A stretch of DNA of 64,000 nt from an uncultured Armatimonadia bacterium (GTDB lineage: Bacteria; Armatimonadota; Zipacnadia; CAVVLO01). The position numbers and the translations under genes were made by a program. Of this stretch, positions 56,001-64,000 are shown piece after piece (position 1 is the first letter of the stretch; each line of letters opens with the position of its first letter). The notes under the pieces were generated by a model, which worked only from the letters and a program-made list of their open reading frames with translations, did no database searches and was not told the origin of the DNA. Location of the stretch: positions 918,452 to 982,451 of the forward strand of contig CAVVLO010000001.1 in assembly GCA_963749155.1 (NCBI GenBank), written 5' to 3'.

Positions 56001-57091
56001 AGCGGATCCGTCCAGCTGCAGTAGATGCCGTTATAGGTAACGGTGCTGCGGTAGCCAAGGGGATCGGTGACCCCCCTCGTGCGTCCATCCCCGTCGTAGC
56101 TGAAGGTGGTCACTCGGCCGTTGGGGTCGGTGAGCTGGCTGATGCGGTGGTTGGCATCGTAGGTATAGGTCGTTATTGCCCCGGTGGGCAACGTCACCGT
56201 CTGCAGGTCGCTATTTGCATCGTAAGTGAAAGTGGTTATCTCCAGGGCCGGGTTGGTTGCGCTCTCGACGCGCCCGGAGCCATCGTAGGCGAAGGTGGTG
56301 ATGCGCCCGGCCGCGTCGGTGACTGTCGTGACCTTCCCGGTGCCCTCGTAGCCGCAGGTCACGGTGTTGCCGTTGCGGTCCGTCACGGTGTCCAGCCGAC
56401 CGGAGGTTGTGCCCCCAAGGGGGTAGAAGTGCTGCTCGGTGCCGTCCACCAGCGTCAGCGTGAAGCTGCCATCGGTAGCGGTGTGCTTCACCAGCACATC
56501 GTGCACGCCGGGAGGGGCGGTGTAGGAGCCGTCCACGTTCCTGGTGAACTCATCGAGCGTGTGGTCCTTGCGGAAGACCGTCACGTTGCCGCCTGGCGCC
56601 TCCGAGACGTGCTGGTCCCAGGTCGAGGCCCACACCCGCCCGAAGAAGCCCGTCGAGCCGATGTTGCGGCTGCTGTGATACAGCTCCAGGTCCACGTGCG
56701 GACCCAGGCTGTTGCTGCTCTTGCCAACCAACTGAGAGGCGCTGGCCTGGCCTCCCGGCGAGGCAGCACACACCACCCGGGCCAGTCGATCGCAGCTAAC
56801 ACCAGGCCGGCAGGAGCCCGACATAATTTCGGACGCGTTCCTCATCGCGACGACGCAGGGGTCAGGCACCCCCTGCACCAAGCACGAGTTGGTAGTCTGC
56901 CCGCTGATGCTCGTTAGCTCGCCAGGCGCGAGCACGCGCATACTGGCAACCGCCGGGGCAGCGCCAGGCCGACTGGCCGCCTGGGCTCCCGCCAACTGTG
57001 CCCAGTCGCCCAGGCAGATCAGCCATGCGCAACAGAAAGCCGCCACATAGCTCGCTACCTGCCCTAACCTGCTGCCCGCCAGCCTGCTCAT
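53024..57091 (-). CDS. RHS/YD-repeat polymorphic toxin, copy 2 (intact), tip D2 (DUF6973-like)
   Basis: Uninterrupted ORF; GGGAGG RBS before ATG 57091; tip NAVTHCLWMC...LHE...DTLHDLDNNLVG. Confidence 0.92.
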   Translation of the reverse strand: MSRLAGSRLGQVASYVAAFCCAWLICLGDWAQLAGAQAASRPGAAPAVASMRVLAPGELTSISGQTTNSCLVQGVPDPCVVAMRNASEIMSGSCRPGVSCDRLARVVCAASPGGQASASQLVGKSSNSLGPHVDLELYHSSRNIGSTGFFGRVWASTWDQHVSEAPGGNVTVFRKDHTLDEFTRNVDGSYTAPPGVHDVLVKHTATDGSFTLTLVDGTEQHFYPLGGTTSGRLDTVTDRNGNTVTCGYEGTGKVTTVTDAAGRITTFAYDGSGRVESATNPALEITTFTYDANSDLQTVTLPTGAITTYTYDANHRISQLTDPNGRVTTFSYDGDGRTRGVTDPLGYRSTVTYNGIYCSWTDPLGQLTTYTYDGTDQFAKLIASEDPTGRTVSYTYNSDRARTEVTDPLGNITTFTYDSDGNRTSSTNPLGKTTYYTWDSDHHLTTVTDPLGNTTTYTYEGSGNLETVTDPLASETGFTYTAEGLPETVTDPLAGVTTFTYDADGNLATVRDALGNLTTHTYDAIGNRLTTTDALNHTTTFTYDAIDRLIQTTFPDGNSRTVTYQGSLQIQSTDEEGRITTNTFDTGGRLIGVTLATGAMTTYVYDALNRLLAVTDAEGVAPAADYSVAGAGTSAFNGDYSEDGTYNGKPAYKLDNSHYLIWQTRLLPPASERWELQTQKGGGACYYYGTGPDLPAGAWTASSGTPPAPTVTRLYPTHTTTYTYDAAGRQLTATDPLGNTTTNTYDDAGRLQTRTDPRGNLVTYSYDDTSQLIGVDYPTGTDLAFTYDDAGRRIDFHDASGYTTYTYDALSRTTVVTTPGPERATYAYDALGNRTEFTDQDGGLTTYSYDALGRLEALTNPSSEETSFEYDDIGNRTRLTHASGAYTTYTYTSRNWLEELSNRKSDETVLSSFAYDHDDCGNRTQMTEATGDVTTYAYDSIYELTGQTKRNSGDVVQYSYSYTYDDIGNRLTLTDQGSAVTTSTYNAGGQLTGTDASGTLTTYTYDASGNLAAEVTSAGTRSYTWDYDDRLTDIEYPDSSETNYTYNSAGQRLTKVEGGATTKFVYDGAKVVLERDGDDETEARYTHEGGSLYSDLLSQRRDGASYDYLLDGLASVKQVVDSSQAVENSYSYEAFGQATVGQSDVANPYLYLGGQGARWESSAGLYYAEAGFFSPSLGRGICQSRAANVIHYYVRMSASPPLLMAYNVVRCILMGRENSRYTITAMNKENAKDPCRVPEGYGNAVTHCLWMCKLTRLVSADCALWVGALHEPQAVWTDLDDWLHRRHREGEDRPQLHVGPWVEGWWDDTLHDLDNNLVGISLGRELGSNWDRQCMDGCIAAAKSGRLVRDPKVAQ

Positions 57092-57114
57092 CTGCTGCCT
57101 CCCTGCGTCCTGCG

Positions 57115-58047
57115 CTACTGTTCTCTGAGGCTGACGGCCAGCACGTAGCCGTCCCATATCCGCTCAAACGGGCCAACTGCAAGTGCGTAGCGTCCCTTTG
57201 CGGGATCGTTCAACTCAACCGCATCCCTGCTCGCCGCCGTCACCACTACGTAGTGATTGCCGCCCACCCAGGCAAGCACGGGCTTTGGCATCTTGCGCAG
57301 GTACTCGTAGTTCACCTGGAGCCCCTCGGCCGCCAGTCCCTTGGCCTTGGCCGCTTTCGCAAGACCCGCCAGCGAGGTGCCTGTGCGGTCGGTGCTGGCG
57401 AGGCGGGCTAGTTCTTCGGGCGTAGTTGCCTCTCCAAGTTGTTTGCAGATGATCGCCAGTGCGTCCGGCCCACACATCCCCACCCGCGGCGCCGGTCGAG
57501 TCTCCTCGTAGATGAGCGGCTCCAGCTTGCGCTCGCCTGCCCCCGTGACGTCGCTGATGGCCTCTTCGACAGGCCTCGTAGCGGAACCCGGAGCGTCTGT
57601 TACCTTCGCGGTCCCGCCGCCCTGCTTGACCCGGGCCTTGGCGATCCAGTCCTCAGCCTTCTCGCTGAGGTAGCTGTCGGGGAAGCGCTGCTGCAGCTCC
57701 CGGAACTCGCGCTCGGCGCCGGCATAGTCGCCCTGGGCGAAGAAGCAGATGCCACGCTGGTACTGCGCATCGTCGGCCAGGGGGTCGTTGGGGTACTTGG
57801 CGCAGCAGGCGCGCGAAGTTATCCGCGTCCTTGCCGTAATCCCCCTCCCCGCAGCCGCGTAGGCGTCGCAGTAAAGGCCCTGGGCCAGGAGAGAGGGGGC
57901 GGACTCGGTGGAATCAGAGAGCGATGCAGCGGAATGGCTCCCGCCCGCACTCGGACCTGCGAGCAGATGCCAGAGCGCCGCCGCGCCGACCAGCACGCCG
58001 ACCACAACTGCTGCAACCATCCAGACTGGAGGAGTAGACCGCTCCAT
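57115..58047 (-). CDS. Membrane-anchored TPR + C39 cysteine peptidase, copy 2 (single ORF)
   Basis: 310 aa; C/H/D triad motifs CGPDAL, NHYVVV, NDP; no ABC transporter domain. Confidence 0.9.
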   Translation of the reverse strand: MERSTPPVWMVAAVVVGVLVGAAALWHLLAGPSAGGSHSAASLSDSTESAPSLLAQGLYCDAYAAAGRGITARTRITSRACCAKYPNDPLADDAQYQRGICFFAQGDYAGAEREFRELQQRFPDSYLSEKAEDWIAKARVKQGGGTAKVTDAPGSATRPVEEAISDVTGAGERKLEPLIYEETRPAPRVGMCGPDALAIICKQLGEATTPEELARLASTDRTGTSLAGLAKAAKAKGLAAEGLQVNYEYLRKMPKPVLAWVGGNHYVVVTAASRDAVELNDPAKGRYALAVGPFERIWDGYVLAVSLREQ

Positions 58048-58062
58048 ATTGCTCCTGCCTCA

Positions 58063-59526
58063 CTAGCCCCCGAGCCGCTGGATCCAGTTCGCAGCCCTGA
58101 TGGCCAGATAAGCATCCGGGTACTCCTGGATCACTGCCTTGAAGGCCGCGATGGCCTGGGGGTCGTCACCCAGGGCGTGGTAGCAGATGGCCTTCTGATA
58201 GGCTGCCTTGGGGCCAGTGTCGGCCGGCGGCCTCAGGGCGAGGGCCTTGTCGAATAGAGCCAAGGCCTCGGCGTACTTGTCCTCGGCGGCCAGGCCCGTG
58301 CCCTGGTAGTAGTAGGCTGAGGCGAGCTGCTCGATCCCCTCGTCCACGGCAGGGCCGACCTCGGGGCCTGGGTAGGCACTCGGTAAGGCTCTGAGCTTGC
58401 CTGCTGTTGCCTCTGGGGTGTTCCCAGCGGCCTCGTAGGTCGCCTTCAACTCGGTGACAGCCCCAGCGACCTGCTCGCTGTCGGGGTAGTCTCTCAGCAC
58501 GCCCTTGGCTGTGCTTTCCGCATCGGTGGTGCCACCGGCGCGCCGGTATACCCCGCACAACCCCACGAGCACGGCTGAGTCGCCCGCGTAGTGGTCATCG
58601 ACCAGTGGCACCAGCACCGCCACGGCCTCGTCGGGGCGCTCTGACTGGATGAAGAGCGTGGTGAGCAGGGACAGGCCCTTGGCGGCCGGCTTGCTGGTGG
58701 GGTACGTGTCGATGAGGCCGACCAGCTCCGCGATAGCCTGATCGTACATCAGGTACTGGGCGTATATGCAGGCAATCTTGTAGCGTACCTCGGCCGCCTC
58801 GTCGTCGCCCGGGCTCGCGGCGAGGGTCGCCTGATACTGGGCAACCTGGACCTTGCCCACTGCCTCGTAGCGCAACTGCCCGCCCAGCGAGTCCGCAAGC
58901 AGGTAGGCCTGGCGCGCCTCGTCAGGCTTGCCGGTGGCGTCGTAGATCAGCCCCATCCTGGCAGCGGCTCGCTCAGCCCAAATGCTGATTGGCGTTGCCT
59001 GAGAGAGAGTTCCATACTGTTCGAGGGCGTCATCGAAGTGTCCGTTGAGCGTGAAGGTGTCACCCAGCGCAAGCAGGGCCTGCCAGCCCTTGGGCGTGCC
59101 AGCCCCTGCGGCCACATCCGCCTGAAGCTTGGCGACCCGGTCGTCGAAGGTCTGCTGCATCGCCGCTATCCGCGCCATCGCGGCTTCGGCCTGGGCGGTA
59201 AGCGCCGCGTCTGCCGGCTGCAGACCGCTTGCGAGGTCGTGTGCCTTCGAGGCCTGCTCTACCGCGCTGTCGAACTGGCCCTGGGCGGCCCAGATCTCCG
59301 CAAGCACGAGCCGGGCAGCCGCTTCCCCGGCCGGCCCTTGCAAGAATTGCCCCTCGCAAGCCGCCTGGGCCTCTTGGTACCGCCCCTGCCCCAGCAAGGC
59401 GATGGCCTCCTGGAGCCCCTCGGGTGCCGCGCCAGCAACGGCGCTCATCCCGGCAACCAGCATCATAGTCAGACTCAGTGCCAGCAGGCCAACTGCTGTC
59501 TTCCTCATTGCCATCCACCCCCGCAC
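58063..59526 (-). CDS. Exported TPR protein, copy 2 (intact)
   Basis: 487-aa ORF with signal peptide and TPR repeats. Confidence 0.88.
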   Translation of the reverse strand: MRGWMAMRKTAVGLLALSLTMMLVAGMSAVAGAAPEGLQEAIALLGQGRYQEAQAACEGQFLQGPAGEAAARLVLAEIWAAQGQFDSAVEQASKAHDLASGLQPADAALTAQAEAAMARIAAMQQTFDDRVAKLQADVAAGAGTPKGWQALLALGDTFTLNGHFDDALEQYGTLSQATPISIWAERAAARMGLIYDATGKPDEARQAYLLADSLGGQLRYEAVGKVQVAQYQATLAASPGDDEAAEVRYKIACIYAQYLMYDQAIAELVGLIDTYPTSKPAAKGLSLLTTLFIQSERPDEAVAVLVPLVDDHYAGDSAVLVGLCGVYRRAGGTTDAESTAKGVLRDYPDSEQVAGAVTELKATYEAAGNTPEATAGKLRALPSAYPGPEVGPAVDEGIEQLASAYYYQGTGLAAEDKYAEALALFDKALALRPPADTGPKAAYQKAICYHALGDDPQAIAAFKAVIQEYPDAYLAIRAANWIQRLGG

Positions 59527-59565
59527 GGCTATTCACGCCTTCCTCGATGCGTCTACCAACGCCCG

Positions 59566-60303
59566 CTAGTCGAGGCTGATCTTCGGGTTCCACAGGGCCG
59601 TTGGGTCGGAGGGGTCAGTGGTCGAGGTGAACCAGTTGGCATCGATGGTCTTGCCTGCGGAAGAGAGGCCGGGCCCAAGCTCGAGCGCGGCCGCGTGGCC
59701 ATCGGCGAAGGCGCAGTTGATTGTCACCGAGGTGATGCCGTCCTCATCTGGACCGTGGCCGCCGGCGCCGGCGATGCCAGTACCAAGGCCAACGCCCGCG
59801 CCGTGCCAGTCGCTATGCTCGTAGAAGAGGAATTGCTTGTCGGCAAAGACCATGTCGGAGACTGAGAGCGGCCGACCCCAGTGGTAGAGAGGGCCGATGT
59901 CCAGGGCATGTCTGAACCAGTAAGAGACTTCAGCGTCCGGTGACGGGCTTATCGAGTTCCCATCAGCTGGACACCACAGCACCTGCGAGTCGGCCAGGTA
60001 AGGCGCCAGCGCCACGGGCCAGCCCTTCCGCTGGCGCTCGAACTGCATGTTCTTCGGCAACTCGCCGCCATAGGCCTCGGAGTAGCTTGCGCCGGTAAGG
60101 GCGGAGTTGGGGTAAGCGCCGTCCCAGTCGCTGCAGTACATTCTGGTTGCGAGGATGATCTTCTTGAGGTTGGCGATGCAGGAGGCCTGCTGGGCGTCCT
60201 TCAGCCCGTCGGCGAGGACCGGGTACCACAGAACGAGGAGCGTGACCACCGTAAGGAGCACTGTGACCAGGGCAAACGCTGCCCAGCGTCTCGAGCCTGA
60301 CAT
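59566..60303 (-). CDS. DUF1559 / H-X9-DG-type prepilin-like protein, copy 2 (intact)
   Basis: AAGGAGG RBS before ATG 60303; SCIANLKKI...MY.SDWD; NCAFADGH. Confidence 0.85.
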   Translation of the reverse strand: MSGSRRWAAFALVTVLLTVVTLLVLWYPVLADGLKDAQQASCIANLKKIILATRMYCSDWDGAYPNSALTGASYSEAYGGELPKNMQFERQRKGWPVALAPYLADSQVLWCPADGNSISPSPDAEVSYWFRHALDIGPLYHWGRPLSVSDMVFADKQFLFYEHSDWHGAGVGLGTGIAGAGGHGPDEDGITSVTINCAFADGHAAALELGPGLSSAGKTIDANWFTSTTDPSDPTALWNPKISLD

Positions 60304-60407
60304 CGGGGCTTCCTCCTTGGTTGGGACGAAACACCTACTTTTACAAACAGCGTCTTTACAACGTAATTCAAAGCGCGTGCTGGAAACCAACACGGTTACT
60401 ATCTTCG

Positions 60408-60436
60408 ATTATACGACCGGTCCGCTGAGGTGTCAA
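60408..60436 (-). promoter_or_regulatory. Perfect consensus sigma-70 promoter of RHS operon copy 2
   Basis: TTGACA-17bp-TATAAT on the minus strand. Confidence 0.85.
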
Positions 60437-60768
60437 CCCCGGTTGTACCACTAGCCTGGCGACGGCAGATCCTGGAAGTATTAGATGTAAGTGCGGACGA
60501 GTCTACTGGACAAAAGGGGCTGTAGTGAGGCTTGTGAGAGCCTCTGTGTGGCGTTAAACGCGAACCTGTGAGCGCCGTAAGCCGTAAGCTCACCTGGGTC
60601 ACTGCCTGGATGCAGAGAGGAGCTCTGGGCGCTGTTTACAGGCGCTAGCATGCAACCTGGCCCTACCAGGCTGCTGCAATCATTATGAGCAACGCTGATG
60701 TTTATGGCTGGAAGACACACAGATCCAGGCTCTCGTCATGTTTGGCCATCCTTGTACTGGCGCTGACA

Positions 60769-60796
60769 TTGACGCCCTGCACTACAGTGGTATAGT
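60769..60796 (+). promoter_or_regulatory. Putative promoter of RHS copy 3
   Basis: TTGACG-16bp-TATAGT with extended -10 TG. Confidence 0.55.
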
Positions 60797-60920
60797 GGAT
60801 TGTAGTCTCAAGACCTTCCAGTGGCACAGTCCTTAGTGAAGCCAGCGTTCTCCGAAGAGGCCGGAATCCTGCCCTCTCGCAGATGGCGCCGGCGCCGGAC
60901 GCTATACAGGGAGGCAGCAG

Positions 60921-63900
60921 ATGAGCAGGCTGGCGGGCAGCAGGCTAGGGCGGATGGCGAGCTATGTGGCGGCTTTCTGTTGCGCATGGCTGATTTGCCT
61001 GGGCGACTGGGCACAGTTGGCGGGAGCCCAGGCGGCCAGGCGCACCGGGCCAACGGCGGTTGCCAGTATGCGCGTGCTCGCGCCCGGTGAGCTAACGAGC
61101 ATCAGCGGGCAGACTACCAACTCGTGCTTGGTGCAGGGGGTGCCTGACCCCTGCGTCGTCGCGATGAGGAACGCGTCCGAAATTATGTCGGGCTCCTGCC
61201 GGCCTGGGGTTAGCTGCGATCGACTGGCCCGGGTGGTGTGTGCTGCCTCGCCGGCAGGTCAGACCAGCACCTCTCAGTTGGTTGGCAAGAGCAGCAACAG
61301 CCTGGGTCCGCACGTGGACCTGGAGCTGTATCACAGCAGCCGCAACATCGGCTCGACGGGCTTCTTCGGGCGGGTGTGGGCCTCGACCTGGGATCAGCAC
61401 GTCTCGGAGGCGCCAGGCGGCAACGTGACGGTCTTCCGCAAGGACCACACGCTCGATGAGTTCACCAGGAACGTGGACGGCTCCTACACCGCCCCTCCCG
61501 GCGTGCACGATGTGCTGGTGAAGCACACCGCGCTACCGATGGCAGCTTCACGCTGACGCTGGTGGACGGCACCGAGCAGCACTTCTACCCCCTTGGAGGC
61601 ACAACCTCCGGTCGGCTGGACACCGTGACGGACCGCAACGGCAACACCGTGACCTGCGGCTACGAGGGCACCGGGAAGGTCACGACAGTCACCGACGCGG
61701 CCGGGCGCATCACCACCTTCGCCTACGATGGCTCCGGGCGCGTCGAGAGCGCAACCAACCCGGCCCTGGAGATAACCACTTTCACTTACGATGCAAATAG
61801 CGACCTGCAGACGGTGACGTTGCCCACCGGGGCAATAACGACCTATACCTACGATGCCAACCACCGCATCAGCCAGCTCACCGACCCCAACGGCCGAGTG
61901 ACCACCTTCAGCTACGACGGGGATGGACGCACGAGGGGGGTCACCGATCCCCTTGGCTACCGCAGCACCGTTACCTATAACGGCATCTACTGCAGCTGGA
62001 CGGATCCGCTCGGGCAGCTCACGACCTACACCTACGACGGGACGGACCAGTTCGCCAAGCTCATCGCCTCCGAGGACCCGACTGGCCGGACCGTGAGCTA
62101 CACCTACAACAGCGACCGGGCGCGGACGGAGGTCACCGACCCGCTGGGCAACATCACCACCTTCACCTACGACTCGGATGGGAACCGCACCAGCTCAACC
62201 AACCCGCTGGGCAAGACCACTTATTACACCTGGGACTCGGACCACCACCTCACCACCGTGACCGATCCGCTGGGCACCACCACCACCTACACCTACGAGG
62301 GGAGCGGCAACCTGGAGACGGTCACCGATCCCCTCGCTAGCGAAACAGGCTTCACCTACACGGCCGAGGGGCTACCGGAGACGGTTACCGACCCGCTGGC
62401 TGGCGTCACGACCTTCACGTACGATGCTGACGGGAACCTGGCCACGGTAAGGGACGCGCTCGGCAACCTCACCACTCATACCTATGATGCGATTGGGAAC
62501 AGGCTGACGACAACCGATGCCCTGAACCATACGACCACCTTCACCTACGATGCCATCGACAGGCTCATCCAGACGACCTTCCCCGATGGCAACAGCCGCA
62601 CGGTCACTTACCAGGGGAGCCTTCAGATCCAAAGCACCGATGAAGAGGGCCGCATCACCACCAACACCTTCGACACGGGCGGCCGGCTGATCGGGGTAAC
62701 GCTTGCGACCGGGGCGATGACGACTTACGTCTACGACGCCCTGAACCGGCTGCTAGCGGTGACCGATGCCGAGGGCGTTGCACCTGCGGCCGACTACAGC
62801 GTGGCCGGCGCCGGCACCAGCGCCTTCAACGGGGACTATTCCGAGGACGGCACTTACAACGGCAAGCCGGCCTACAAGCTGGACAACAGCCATTACCTCA
62901 TCTGGCAGACCCGGGCGCTGCCGCCGGCCTCTGAGCGCTGGGAGCTGCAGACCCAGAAGGGCGGGGGCGCCTGCTACTATTATGGGACAGGCCCCGATCT
63001 TCCAGCCGGCGCCTGGACGGCCTCCAGCGGCACGCCGCCAGCCCCCACGGTGACGCGCCTCTACCCAACCCACACCACCACCTACACCTACGATGCGGCC
63101 GGGCGGCAGCTAACGGCCACTGATCCCCTCGGCAACACCACGACGAACACTTACGACGACGCGGGCCGGCTGCACACCCGGACCGACCCGCGGGGGAACC
63201 TGGTCACCTACAGCTACGATGACACGAGTCAGCTTATCGGGGTGGACTACCCGACGGGCACCGACCTGGCTTTCACCTACGATGATGCAGGGCGGCGAAT
63301 CGACGTCCACGACGCCTCAGGCTACACGACCTATACTTACGATGCCCTCGGCCGGACGACCGTCGTCACCACGCCTGGGCCAGAGCGGGCCACCTATGCC
63401 TACGATGCCCTCGGCAACCGCACCGAGTTCACCGACCAGGACGGGGGCCTCACCACTTACTCCTACGATGCCCTGGGGCGGCTCGAGGCGCTCACCAACC
63501 CCAGCAGCGAGGAGACGAGCTTCGAGTACGATGATATCGGCAACAGGACTCGCCTGACTCACGCTAGCGGCGCCTATACGACCTACACCTACACCTCGCG
63601 CAACTGGCTGGAGGAGCTCTCGAACCGCAAGTCGGATGAGACGGTGCTCTCCAGCTTCGCCTATGACCACGACGACTGCGGCAACCGGACCGAGTTGACC
63701 GAGGCCACGGGCGATGTCACCACCTACACCTACGATGCCCTCTACGAGCTGACCGGGCAGACCAAGCGCAACTCGGGCGATGTAGTACAATATAGTTATA
63801 GCTACACGTATGACGACATCGGCAACAGGCTGACTCTTACCGACCAAGGGAGCGCGGTGACGACTTACACCTACAACGCGGGCGGAGAGTTGATCGGCAC

Positions 63901-64000
63901 GGACGCCTCTGGCACGCTGACCACCTTCACCTACGATGCCTCGGGCAACCTCTCGACTGAGGTCATCGGCGCCGGGACGCGCTCCTACACCTGGGACTAC
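60921..64000 (+). CDS. RHS/YD-repeat protein, copy 3 (partial, runs off window; frameshift near 61530)
   Basis: Near-identical to copies 1 and 2 from CAGGGAGGCAGCAGATG onward. Confidence 0.9.

Larger units (their letters stand above)
53640..60495 (-). repeat. Right arm of ~6.9-kb inverted repeat
   Basis: Reverse complement of 38336-45190 with patchy differences. Confidence 0.92.
29564..64000. mobile_element. Genomic island integrated at tRNA-Gln (far end not seen)
   Basis: Abrupt switch from housekeeping genes to serine recombinases and RHS cargo at a tRNA 3' end; no second att copy recognised in the window. Confidence 0.65.

Noticed and set aside
38336..60495. Whole inverted duplication as a pure fold-back artefact
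   Set aside because: The arms differ by synonymous patches, the centre is asymmetric with unique cassettes and an IS scrap, and the outer flanks differ; still needs read confirmation.

Overview
Bacterial, GC-rich, Terrabacteria-like window (T-box riboswitch, SigH and RicT/YaaT, plus a DUF1559-type pilin-like gene reminiscent of Armatimonadota). Bases 1-29.56 kb are core genome: ROK kinase, mfd, ricT, metG, T-box-valS-folC, a response regulator, a three-gene CoA-activase cluster, sigH, tRNAs, tuf-rpmG-secE-nusG-rplKAJL, a sigma-28, prsA-mazG-S4 protein, ppdK and tRNA-Gln. Single-base frameshifts in essential genes point to unpolished long-read indels rather than pseudogenes. From the 3' end of tRNA-Gln to the window end is an accessory island. 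It carries two tandem large serine recombinases (one apparently fused to three LuxR-type HTHs), a CGNR-like zinc-finger protein and an O-antigen-ligase/TPR gene, followed by a polymorphic RHS toxin locus. A four-gene operon (pilin-like DUF1559 protein, exported TPR protein, membrane-anchored TPR + C39 peptidase, RHS) is present twice in inverted orientation around a bank of orphan toxin-tip/immunity cassettes, and a third RHS copy runs off the window end. The main candidate novelty: each RHS has a signal peptide followed by a double-glycine-type leader (M-15/L-12/E-8/L-7/I-4/G-2) and, in both operon copies, lies directly behind a stand-alone C39 peptidase. IS3/IS407 left-end remnants sit at cassette junctions, and one supplies the start codon of an orphan tip.
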